Shown here: piece by piece, positions 43,710-53,785 of the stretch
Numbering within the stretch: the stretch's first letter is position 1
Layout of the letters: each line of letters begins with the position of its first letter
NCBI GenBank assembly: GCA_963761335.1
Contig: CAVXGR010000004.1
Location: 134,992-198,991 of the forward strand
Length of the DNA stretch: 64,000 nt
Reading direction: 5' to 3'
DNA from: an uncultured delta proteobacterium
Lineage (GTDB): Bacteria > Desulfobacterota > Binatia > HRBIN30 > BPIQ01
Position numbers and translations under genes: made by a program
Notes under the pieces: generated by a model
Told to the model about the DNA's origin: nothing
The model's input: only the letters and a program-made list of their open reading frames with translations
Databases searched by the model: none

Positions 43710-44693
43710 TCAGCTCTCCGGGCGGGAGACGGCGAGGCGCAGCACCTCGTAGTAGCTGCCGGCGATGCAGGAGTCGCGCAGGGCACCGCGGTCGCGCAGC
43801 ATGCGGTGCATGCGCGGCAGATTGTGGTGCGGTACGGTCATGATCAGGTGGTGCTCGAGGTGGTAGTTCACCCGGTTCGGGGCCATGAGCAGGCGCTCCC
43901 ACCAGCGCACTTGCGTGGTGCGCGTGTTGCGCATCGGATCCGCCTGGTCGGGGACCATGCCGTGCTCGGCGATCGAGCGCAGCCGTGTGACCAGCCGGTA
44001 GGTGGTGAGCCAGGAGGCGACCCAGAGCAGGTAGAGAAGCGGATAGCCGACGGCGGTGAGGATGGCCAGCAACACGGCGTTGGTTATCGCCACCGGCGCG
44101 ATCTTCTGCCAGCCGACGTCGGCTCGCTGGCCGTTGTGCATGCCGAGGTCGCGCTGGGTGCGCCTCGTGGCGATGCCGAGGTCGCGCTTGAAGACGGCGA
44201 CCGCCTGCTTCCAGCCCGTCTGCCCGGAGAGATCGCGCCAGACCTTGCGGCGGAAGCTGCTGGGCGTGATGGGAAATGGGGCGGCGAGGCCGAGGTCGGG
44301 ATCCTCGAATGTACCCGTCTTGGCGTGGTGCAGGAGATGGTAGTTGCGATACGGGTGAAGATCGGTCCAGATCGGGAAGGCCGCCAGCCAGTTGCCGGCC
44401 CAGTCGTTCAGCTTGCGGCTCTTGAACAGCGTGCGGTGCGCGGCTTCGTGCATGACCACCGCCATGCCGAGCTGGCGAGCGGCGATGACGAAGAGGGCGA
44501 CGATCACGGTGAGCGGGTTGGGACGCCAGGCCACCAGGGCCATGGCGGCGAAGACCAGCGCCCAGTTGACGGCGATGGTCATCCACGAGCGCAGTGGATT
44601 GATGCGGAGAAGCTCCTTGCGCTCCTCGAGGCTCAAGACCTGCTTCCAATGAGGCGTCTGATTCTCAATGGGTGTGGCGACGGCGGTGCTCAT
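43710..44693 (-). CDS. Fatty acid desaturase family protein
   Basis: His boxes HEAAH, HLLHH, EH and HLEHH; ATGA coupling to PaaX-like gene. Confidence 0.9.
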   Translation of the reverse strand: MSTAVATPIENQTPHWKQVLSLEERKELLRINPLRSWMTIAVNWALVFAAMALVAWRPNPLTVIVALFVIAARQLGMAVVMHEAAHRTLFKSRKLNDWAGNWLAAFPIWTDLHPYRNYHLLHHAKTGTFEDPDLGLAAPFPITPSSFRRKVWRDLSGQTGWKQAVAVFKRDLGIATRRTQRDLGMHNGQRADVGWQKIAPVAITNAVLLAILTAVGYPLLYLLWVASWLTTYRLVTRLRSIAEHGMVPDQADPMRNTRTTQVRWWERLLMAPNRVNYHLEHHLIMTVPHHNLPRMHRMLRDRGALRDSCIAGSYYEVLRLAVSRPES

Positions 44694-45568
44694 GCGTAAC
44701 TCCCCGTGGCGGCCGGCAGCTCGCCGGCCGGATGGACGTGGCGCAGGTTCACGGGCGTGTGGCGGGAGAGGGCGCCGTGCTCCTGCATGAAGCGCCGCCA
44801 GCACTGGCGGCCGAGGCGGTCGTAGCGACTCATGGTCTCCACCAGGGCGCGCCGTTCGGCGGCCGGCAGAATGGGCTCGGGCAGCAGGGGATCGAAGGCG
44901 AGCAGGCGGATGGCTCGGCCGCCGAGGAGGAAGGTCTCCACCATCCCCTCGCTCGACGGCGCTGCGGCGACGCGGCGCTCGCTGCGCTCGAGGGTGCGGC
45001 GCATGTCGCGGTATCCGGCGAGCAGCGTCTCGACGTCCCACAGGGCGCGGGCGCGGCGCTCGCTGTGCTGGTCGAGCTGATCGAGAACGAAGATCGGCGC
45101 CGTCCGCTCGAGCCCGAGCTCGTGCAGCTGGCGCCGCGCTTCGGCGACGCCGCCGCGCAGATTGTCCGGGCGGATCCACAGTCCGCCCTCGAGCTCGCGC
45201 AGGCCGAGGAACTGCAGGGCGCGCTGCCGGCGCGGCGCCGCCTGGCGTTGGTGGCGCGGCAGCCCGGCGGTGTGCACCCCGACCCAGCCGCCGCTCCAGG
45301 CGACGACCCGTTCCTCGGCGCGCGTCCAGGAGGCGACGCGCGCCTGCACGGCGGCCGCGCCGTGCGCCAACCGGTACAGGCCGCGCTCGTCGCGAGTCAC
45401 CAGCCCGCGACGGGTCAGGCGCGCCAGCTCGACGCGCAGGCTGTTCTCGGCAATATCGAACAGCGCCGCCGCCGCCACCATGGCGCGCACCGGCATGGCG
45501 CCGCCGCGCAAAGTGGACAGCAGGTCGAGGATGAGACTCTTGGCCGAAGGCTGCACTGCCGCGAACAT
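44690..45568 (-). CDS. PaaX-family transcriptional regulator
   Basis: SAKSLILDLL, ENSLRVELARL..RGL, GLWIRPD, ALWD, DPLLPEPILP. Confidence 0.85.
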   Translation of the reverse strand: MFAAVQPSAKSLILDLLSTLRGGAMPVRAMVAAAALFDIAENSLRVELARLTRRGLVTRDERGLYRLAHGAAAVQARVASWTRAEERVVAWSGGWVGVHTAGLPRHQRQAAPRRQRALQFLGLRELEGGLWIRPDNLRGGVAEARRQLHELGLERTAPIFVLDQLDQHSERRARALWDVETLLAGYRDMRRTLERSERRVAAAPSSEGMVETFLLGGRAIRLLAFDPLLPEPILPAAERRALVETMSRYDRLGRQCWRRFMQEHGALSRHTPVNLRHVHPAGELPAATGSYA

Positions 45569-45717
45569 TACGAGATGGATACGCGTCTGTCAACAACTTG
45601 TAATAAGCCGAGCCCGGCATCGCGGTGCCCCGGAATCGTGTTGAGCTCCTGGGAGGGCTGGATTAGACTCCCCGACTCCGCAGCCCGCGGACCCATCCCC
45701 TCTGGAGGAAACGGAAA

Positions 45718-47538
45718 GTGACAGAACCGCTGGTTTTCAATGCGCCGCTGACCGTCGGCGGACAGATCGAAGCGCGCGCCGAGCACCCGGCGACGGCCGA
45801 CAAGGTCGTGCTGATGCACGGCGACCGCAGCTGGACCTACCGGCAGTATCGCGACGAGTCGGTGCGCCTGGCGCACCTGCTCCTCCGCCGCCTCGGTCGC
45901 ATCGATGAGGCGCGGCCCGGACACGTGGCCATGATCCTCGAGAATCATCTCGAGCTCATGTCGCTGTACGGCGGCTGCGCCTATGCCGGGCTGACGCTCT
46001 TCGGCGTGAATACCGGCTTGCGCGGCGAGGTGCTGGCCGGCGTGCTGAAGGTCTCGGGCGCACGGCTGCTGGTGGTCGGCCAGAAGTTCCTGCCCGAGGT
46101 GGAGCGCGTGCGCGATCAGCTGCCCGGCATCGCCCCCGAGAACATCCTGGTGCTGGCCGAGGGCCCCGGAGCCGTGCCCGCCAGCGCCGATCTGCGGGCC
46201 TGTCTGGATGCGGAGGTCGGTGGCGCGGGGAAATCGCTGCAGGCTCCGGCGGTCGACGTCACTCCGGATCGCAATCTGATGGTGATCTACACTTCCGGCA
46301 CCACCGGCCTTCCCAAGGGCATCAACAACAACCACCTCAAGCTCTGCGCCACCGGCCTCGGCGTCTCCTCCAACCTCGGCCTGACCTCGGAGGACGTCGG
46401 CTACACCTGCATGCCTCTCTTCCACTCGAACTCGATGTTCGTGGGCTTCATGCCTGCCTTCTGGGTCGGCGGCGCCGTCGGCATGCGCGAGCGCTTCAGC
46501 GCCACGCAGTTCGTTCCCGACGTCCTTCGCTACGGCGTCACCTTCTGGAACTACGTGGGCGAGCCGGTACACTACGTCCTCGCCGCCATCGAGAAGGAGT
46601 ACGGCGGCGACGCGGCGCGCATCGCCGCGGAGGTGACCCACAATCCGCGCAACAAGCTGCGCTACGCGGTCGGCAACGGCGCCGCCCCGCCGGACATCGA
46701 CCGCTTCACGCGATGGCTCGGCCTCGAGGACATGTACGAGCTCTACGGCTCCACGGAGGCGGCGATCAGCACCTTCCGCCGCAAGGGAAACCCGCGCGGT
46801 AGCGTCGGTGAGATCAGCGATCCGGCGGTGAAGATTCTCGACCCGAGCGGCAACGAGTGCCCGCCGGCGCAGCTCGACGCCGACGGCAAGCTGCTCAACT
46901 ATGAGCAGTGCGTCGGCGAGATCTGTCGGGTGGCCTCCGACACCGGCCTCTTTCAGGGGTACTTCGGCAACGAGAAGGCGAACTCGGAGAAGTACCGCGA
47001 CGGCGTCTACCACTCCGGCGACCTCGGCCACGTCCTCGAGCGCGACGGCACCCGCTTCCTCTTCTTCGACGGCCGCACCGACGATTGGATCCGCAAGGAC
47101 GGCGAGAACTTCTCCGCCGGGCAGGTTGGGCGACTGCTCACCGAGCATCCCGACGTGGCGTTGGCGGTCGCCTACGGCGTCCCCTGTGCTATCTCCGACG
47201 AGCTGGTGATGGCCGCCGTGAAGATGCGGCCGGGCGCCGCCTTCGATCCCAAGGGTTTCTTCGACTGGTGCGAGCGAGAGGTCCGTGGTGGGAGCATGGA
47301 CCGCAAGTGGTTTCCCGACTTCGTGCGCGTGGTCCACGACTTCGAGTACACGCAGACGCAGAAGGTGCTGGTGCGCAACATGAAGAAGGTGCATTTCGAC
47401 CTGCGCCGGCTGCCGGAGGAGCCCATCTACTTCCGCGGGCGCGGCGATTCCGCCTTCCGGCCATTCACCGCCGAGGAGTATCGACGCCTGCGCGAGGAGT
47501 TTGCCGCCGCCGAGCGCGCCGACCTGCTCGACCGTTAG
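45718..47538 (+). CDS. Acyl-CoA synthetase (AMP-binding; FadD17/FATP-like)
   Basis: IYTSGTTGLPKG, MPLFHSNS, YGSTE, YHSGDLG, GRTDDWIRKDGEN. Confidence 0.93.
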   Translation: MTEPLVFNAPLTVGGQIEARAEHPATADKVVLMHGDRSWTYRQYRDESVRLAHLLLRRLGRIDEARPGHVAMILENHLELMSLYGGCAYAGLTLFGVNTGLRGEVLAGVLKVSGARLLVVGQKFLPEVERVRDQLPGIAPENILVLAEGPGAVPASADLRACLDAEVGGAGKSLQAPAVDVTPDRNLMVIYTSGTTGLPKGINNNHLKLCATGLGVSSNLGLTSEDVGYTCMPLFHSNSMFVGFMPAFWVGGAVGMRERFSATQFVPDVLRYGVTFWNYVGEPVHYVLAAIEKEYGGDAARIAAEVTHNPRNKLRYAVGNGAAPPDIDRFTRWLGLEDMYELYGSTEAAISTFRRKGNPRGSVGEISDPAVKILDPSGNECPPAQLDADGKLLNYEQCVGEICRVASDTGLFQGYFGNEKANSEKYRDGVYHSGDLGHVLERDGTRFLFFDGRTDDWIRKDGENFSAGQVGRLLTEHPDVALAVAYGVPCAISDELVMAAVKMRPGAAFDPKGFFDWCEREVRGGSMDRKWFPDFVRVVHDFEYTQTQKVLVRNMKKVHFDLRRLPEEPIYFRGRGDSAFRPFTAEEYRRLREEFAAAERADLLDR

Positions 47539-47555
47539 CCAACGGCTGCTGGCCG

Positions 47556-47628
47556 CCCGGAGCGCCGCCAGCTCCGCCGCCTCGCGGTTCTGGATGGCCA
47601 GTGGCGTCCGGGCCGGCGGCGCTCCCGG
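47556..47628. repeat. Degenerate R2-like inverted doublet downstream of the acyl-CoA synthetase
   Basis: CCCGGAGCGCCGCC ... GGCGGCGCTCCCGG. Confidence 0.5.
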
Positions 47629-47748
47629 AGAGTGTAACTTTTCCCGGCCACGATTGGCCGCCGTCGATCGCCTCCCTTGCCCACGGTAGTGGAAACCGCC
47701 GGCATCCTTCTTGCGAATGCCTCACCGGCAACCTAGAGGGATCGAGAA

Positions 47749-48291
47749 ATGCGTTTGCCACCAATCGTCCTTGCCCTGGTGATGGCGTGCGGCGGAGCTG
47801 TCTCGGCTGCCAGCGGGCAGGCCTTGCCGGCGCCGCGCCAGCGCGCCTGTCCGTACGACTTTCACGCCGAGATGCCGCCCGGGGCGTTCTGTGTGTATCG
47901 CGGTGACGTGCGCGGCGGAAATGGCGAGGTATGTGCCAAGGACGTGGTCCTTCTGTGGAGCACCTACGGGTCTCCGCCCGCCGCCGAGCCCCGGGAGCAC
48001 GAAATTTACATCGGCTTTGCGGGCATCCCCGACCTGGTGATGCACGCCGCCGTGGAGCCCGAGCACGCGGATCGCGCCGAGATGAAGGAGTTCGCCTTCA
48101 GCGGAGACCAGGCGCCGACGCCCCTCGACGGCGAGCTCAGCACGCCGTCGGCCCGCCCCGGGACGCGCCTGTATCTGGCACTGCCGCATCCGCCGCGCGA
48201 GTTCCAGCGCGGCGACGGCTGCTCCTTCGCCTCCTACGAGGGCGACTTCATGGGCTTGATCCGCGGGCGCGACGCCCTGGCGCAGCGCTGA
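47749..48291 (+). CDS. Hypothetical secreted protein
   Basis: Signal-peptide-like N-terminus, GC3-biased codons, 4 Cys in the mature part. Confidence 0.6.
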   Translation: MRLPPIVLALVMACGGAVSAASGQALPAPRQRACPYDFHAEMPPGAFCVYRGDVRGGNGEVCAKDVVLLWSTYGSPPAAEPREHEIYIGFAGIPDLVMHAAVEPEHADRAEMKEFAFSGDQAPTPLDGELSTPSARPGTRLYLALPHPPREFQRGDGCSFASYEGDFMGLIRGRDALAQR

Positions 48292-48373
48292 GCCCAGCCG
48301 GCTTCGCCGCTTGTGCTCTTTCAATCCAAGTGCAGTCGGCAAGTGCAGTGGGGACGACGGGCGCGTTTCCCGC

Positions 48374-50059
<1,686 letters not shown>

Positions 50060-50130
50060 GGTGAACTGCGAACCCTAGCACAGCTGCCGGGGCGGTTCGA
50101 GAAGGCGGAAGAGGAGGGCGTTTCGCGAGT

Positions 50131-50164
50131 CGGGTTCCTTCTCCCGCTCGGGAGAAGGAACCCG
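50131..50164. repeat. Perfect 16-bp inverted repeat with 2-nt loop
   Basis: CGGGTTCCTTCTCCCG-CT-CGGGAGAAGGAACCCG between divergent ettA and DUF423 genes. Confidence 0.9.
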
Positions 50165-50216
50165 CGCCAGACGCCGCCGCTTGCGCGCCGACCGAAAACC
50201 AGCGACAGAGGATCGC

Positions 50217-50585
50217 ATGGCTCGCCTGTTTCTCCTCCTCGGAGCGCTGTCGGGGTTTCTCGGCGTGGCACTCGGTGCCTTCGCGGCGCATGGGTTGGAG
50301 GGACGGCTCGCCCCCGACCTGCTGCACGTTTTCGAAGTCGGCGTGCGTTACCAGATGTACCATGCGCTCGCTCTCGTCGGCGTTGCCGCGGTGGCGCAGC
50401 GCTCGCCGTCGGCGGCCACGGCGGCCGCCGGCTGGTGCTTCGTCGCCGGGATCGCCGTCTTCTCCGGCAGCCTCTATGCCCTCAGCCTCTCCGGAATACG
50501 TTGGCTCGGCGCGGTCACGCCGCTGGGTGGTCTGGCGTTTCTCTCGGGATGGCTCTGTCTGGCCTGGGCGGCATGGCGCGCCTGA
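50217..50585 (+). CDS. DUF423 (YgdD/TMEM256) membrane protein
   Basis: LGAFAAHGL, YQMYHALAL, FSGSLY, GAVTPLGG. Confidence 0.93.
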   Translation: MARLFLLLGALSGFLGVALGAFAAHGLEGRLAPDLLHVFEVGVRYQMYHALALVGVAAVAQRSPSAATAAAGWCFVAGIAVFSGSLYALSLSGIRWLGAVTPLGGLAFLSGWLCLAWAAWRA

Positions 50586-50702
50586 GGGGCGCGACGTCAT
50601 CGCGCGCCGGAATTCCCGCCGCCCTGGTTGCGGACGCGCGTCGAGCCGCTATAGATACCCTTTGACCGATCGGCCCGCGCCGGTCGAGGAGGCACAGCGA
50701 GA

Positions 50703-52610
50703 GTGATGCGAGGATGGACTGTCCGCGACAGTCTCGAGCTCTATAACGTCGCCAACTGGGGCGCGGGATTCTTCACCGTCAACAACCGCGGACATGTCGA
50801 GGTGCGACCGCGCGGCCCGCAGGAGCGGGGCATCGATCTTCTCGATCTGGTGCTCGACCTCGATCAACGCGGCCTGCGCACGCCGATGCTGGTGCGCTTC
50901 TCCGATATCCTGGCGTCGCGAGTGCAGGGCCTGTGCGCCGCCTTCGAGAACGCCATCGGCGAGTACGGCTACGGCGGCGGCTATCGCGGGGTCTATCCGA
51001 TCAAGGTGAATCAGCAGCGCCACGTGGTCGAGGAGATCGTCCAGTACGGTGCCGCCCAGCGCATCGGTCTGGAGGCGGGCAGCAAGCCCGAGCTGCTCAT
51101 TGCCCTCGCCATCCTGGAGACGCCCGGGGCGCTGATCATCTGCAACGGGTACAAGGACCGCGCCTACATCGAGACGGCCCTCTTCGCCCAGCGCCTGGGG
51201 CGCACGCCGATCATCGTCGTCGATCGCTTCCACGAGGTCGATCTCATCGTGCGCACGGCGCGCGCCGTCGGTATCCAACCCAACATCGGCCTGCGCGCCC
51301 GGCTGAGCACCAAGGGGGCCGGCAAGTGGATCGAGTCGACCGGCGACCGCTCCAAGTTCGGGCTCACCGCCGTGGAGATCGTCGAGGCGGTGGAGCGCTT
51401 GCGCGCCGAGGGGATGCTCGACTGCTTGCAGCTTCTGCACTTCCACATCGGCTCGCAGATCACCGCGATTCGCGCTCACAAGGATGCCCTGCGCGAGGCC
51501 AGCCGCATCTTCGTCGGCCTGCACCAGATGGGGGCCAGCAATGCCCGCTTCATCGATGTCGGCGGCGGCCTCGGAGTGGACTACGACGGCTCGCAGACGA
51601 ACTTCCACTCGTCGATGAACTACTCCGTTCAGGAGTACGCCAACGACGTGGTGGCCTCGATCCAGGAGGCCTGCGAGCAGGAGAACGTGCCGCACCCCGA
51701 CATCATCACCGAGGCGGGGCGCGCCATGGTGGCGCACCACTCGGTGCTGATCTTCGACGTCCTCGGGGTCAGCGAGATGATCTCCGGCAAGCCGCCGGAG
51801 CCCGTGGGCGAGAACGATCCGAAGGTGATCCAGGATCTGGCCGAGGTGTGGGCGGGAATCTCGCAGAAGAACGTCCAGGAGGCGTACCACGACAGCCTGC
51901 AGCTGAAGGAGGAAGCCTCGACCCTCTTCTCGCTCGGCTACCTCGACCTGCGCGCCCGGGCGCGGGTCGAGCGCCTGTTCTGGGATTGCTGCGAGAAGAT
52001 CCTGCGCATCGTCCGCGACCTCCCCTACCTGCCGGACGAGCTGGAGCCGCTGGAGAAGGGCCTGGCCGACACCTACTACGGGAACTTCTCCGTCTTTCAA
52101 TCGGCTCCCGACCACTGGGCGGTGAAGCAGCTCTTCCCGGTGATGCCCATCCAGCGCCTGGACGAGAAGCCGACCCGGCGGGGTGTGTTCGCCGACCTCA
52201 CCTGCGACAGCGACGGCAAGATCGACAAGTTCATCGACCAGCGCGATGTGAAGGACGTCCTCGAGCTGCACCCCTGGAACGGCAGCCCGTACTACGTCGG
52301 CGTCTTTCTGGTCGGCGCCTACCAGGAGATTCTCGGCGACATGCACAATCTCTTCGGCGACACCGATGCGGTGCACGTGCGCCTCGGCGCCGACGGCCGC
52401 TACGAGGTGGAGCACGTCGTCGAGGGCGACGAGGTGGCCGACGTGCTGCGCTACGTGCAGTACGACAAGGGCACGCTCATCGAGAAGGTGCGCCGTACCA
52501 TCGAGGTGGCCATGCGCGACGGGCAGCTCACGCTGGAAGACTCGGCGCGGCTGCGGCGCTACTACGAGCAGGGGCTGGGAGAGTACACGTACCTGGTCCG
52601 CGGCGATTGA
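50703..52610 (+). CDS. speA: Biosynthetic arginine decarboxylase
   Basis: YPIKVNQ, GLEAGSKPEL, CNGYKD, HFHIGSQ, DVGGGLG, DLTCDSDG, GAYQEILG. Confidence 0.97.
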   Translation: MMRGWTVRDSLELYNVANWGAGFFTVNNRGHVEVRPRGPQERGIDLLDLVLDLDQRGLRTPMLVRFSDILASRVQGLCAAFENAIGEYGYGGGYRGVYPIKVNQQRHVVEEIVQYGAAQRIGLEAGSKPELLIALAILETPGALIICNGYKDRAYIETALFAQRLGRTPIIVVDRFHEVDLIVRTARAVGIQPNIGLRARLSTKGAGKWIESTGDRSKFGLTAVEIVEAVERLRAEGMLDCLQLLHFHIGSQITAIRAHKDALREASRIFVGLHQMGASNARFIDVGGGLGVDYDGSQTNFHSSMNYSVQEYANDVVASIQEACEQENVPHPDIITEAGRAMVAHHSVLIFDVLGVSEMISGKPPEPVGENDPKVIQDLAEVWAGISQKNVQEAYHDSLQLKEEASTLFSLGYLDLRARARVERLFWDCCEKILRIVRDLPYLPDELEPLEKGLADTYYGNFSVFQSAPDHWAVKQLFPVMPIQRLDEKPTRRGVFADLTCDSDGKIDKFIDQRDVKDVLELHPWNGSPYYVGVFLVGAYQEILGDMHNLFGDTDAVHVRLGADGRYEVEHVVEGDEVADVLRYVQYDKGTLIEKVRRTIEVAMRDGQLTLEDSARLRRYYEQGLGEYTYLVRGD

Positions 52611-52635
52611 GTCGCCAGCGTCGGCGCCGGCGGGT

Positions 52636-52896
52636 GGATCAGTGGCTCAGTTTCTCGGTGGCTCGGTCATCGGGTTGATGGGTTTGGGGGGGCATTCTCA
52701 TTCTCAATTCTCATTCTCATCCCGTCGTTTTCCATTGTTCTGAACGCCGGGGAATGTCGCCGCGCCCGCCGGAAAGCACCGCGCCGATCAGAGAAATGGA
52801 AAACGACGGGATGAGAATGAGAATTGAGAATGAGAATGGCACCCATCAACCCGGTAACCCATCAACCCGGTAACCCGGTAACCGAGTCACCGATCC
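52636..52896. repeat. Composite: inverted octamer arms (E7) enclosing P1 copy 4
   Basis: Left atcagtgg|ctcagttt|ctcggtgg|ctcggtca|tcgggttg|atgggttt; right acccatca|acccggta|acccatca|acccggta|acccggta|accgagtc|accgatcc. Confidence 0.88.
52693..52838. repeat. Family P1 copy 4, perfect 44-bp arms
   Basis: 52693-52736 is the exact reverse complement of 52795-52838, including the expanded ATTCTC words. Confidence 0.93.
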
Positions 52897-52910
52897 ACGC
52901 GCGGAACGGG

Positions 52911-53696
52911 CTAGCTCTTCGATTCGCGCAGCAGAAACTTCGGGGTGAACATCTCGTCCTTGAGATCGGCGTTGTACTTGATGTCGAGGATCTGCAGCTT
53001 CGACTGGGTCTTGTCCTGCACGTCCTGCATCGTCTGGTCCATCATTGTCCAGAAGCCGTCGATCTTCTCCACCCGATCCACCGACCACACCTTCTGTAGC
53101 TTCCCCTGGTGGTCGAAGAGCTGCCGGCGCAGGATCAGCAAGTCGTTGGGATCGATGGCGACGATGACCTTGCCGTAGACCTCCTTGGTGGGGTCCTTGG
53201 GGGTCACCTCGATGAGCTTGGTGCGGCGGCCGGCGACGTCCTCCTCGCCGACCAGCGTGTAGTTGAAATCGTCGATTGCCGGCTCGACCAGGTCGGCGAC
53301 ATAGAAGATCGAGCCGAGGAACGGCTGCTTGCGAACCTCGTTGGCGACGCGCACGGTGGTGCGCGAGGCCGCGACCTTCATGTACTGCTCCGGGGACTTG
53401 TCCGGGTGCTCGAGGAAGAGGAAGCGGACCCCCTGTAGGTCCTCGGGCGCGGTGACCTCGAGGTAGCTGGCGCGCGAGCCGTTGACGAGCTTGTGGCTCA
53501 GCCGCAGCATGCGCTCCTTGTCGTTGTTCGTGGTCAGCTTCATCTTGGCCACGAAGGGTGCATGCGGCAGGGCTTCGAGAGCGCGCTTCACCAGATCACG
53601 GGCGTCGTCGGCGGCTCGGCTGGGAATCGCCGTGGTCAGAATGAGCGCGATGGGCAGCGCCAGCCCAAGGACGAGTCGTCGGAGGTCTGTTCTCAT
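52911..53696 (-). CDS. Outer-membrane lipoprotein-sorting (LolA-like) protein
   Basis: Signal peptide; APEDLQGVRFL, PFLGSIFYVADL, YGKVIVAID, EKIDGFW, DEMFTPKFL; follows the MMPL gene. Confidence 0.8.
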   Translation of the reverse strand: MRTDLRRLVLGLALPIALILTTAIPSRAADDARDLVKRALEALPHAPFVAKMKLTTNNDKERMLRLSHKLVNGSRASYLEVTAPEDLQGVRFLFLEHPDKSPEQYMKVAASRTTVRVANEVRKQPFLGSIFYVADLVEPAIDDFNYTLVGEEDVAGRRTKLIEVTPKDPTKEVYGKVIVAIDPNDLLILRRQLFDHQGKLQKVWSVDRVEKIDGFWTMMDQTMQDVQDKTQSKLQILDIKYNADLKDEMFTPKFLLRESKS

Positions 53697-53785
53697 CTTC
53701 TTCGCTTCTCCCCTTTGTGGCGGCAGCTGCCGCAGTGCCCACCGCTTAGCGTATTTCCCGCGCAAGACCAAATGCGGCGGCTCCT

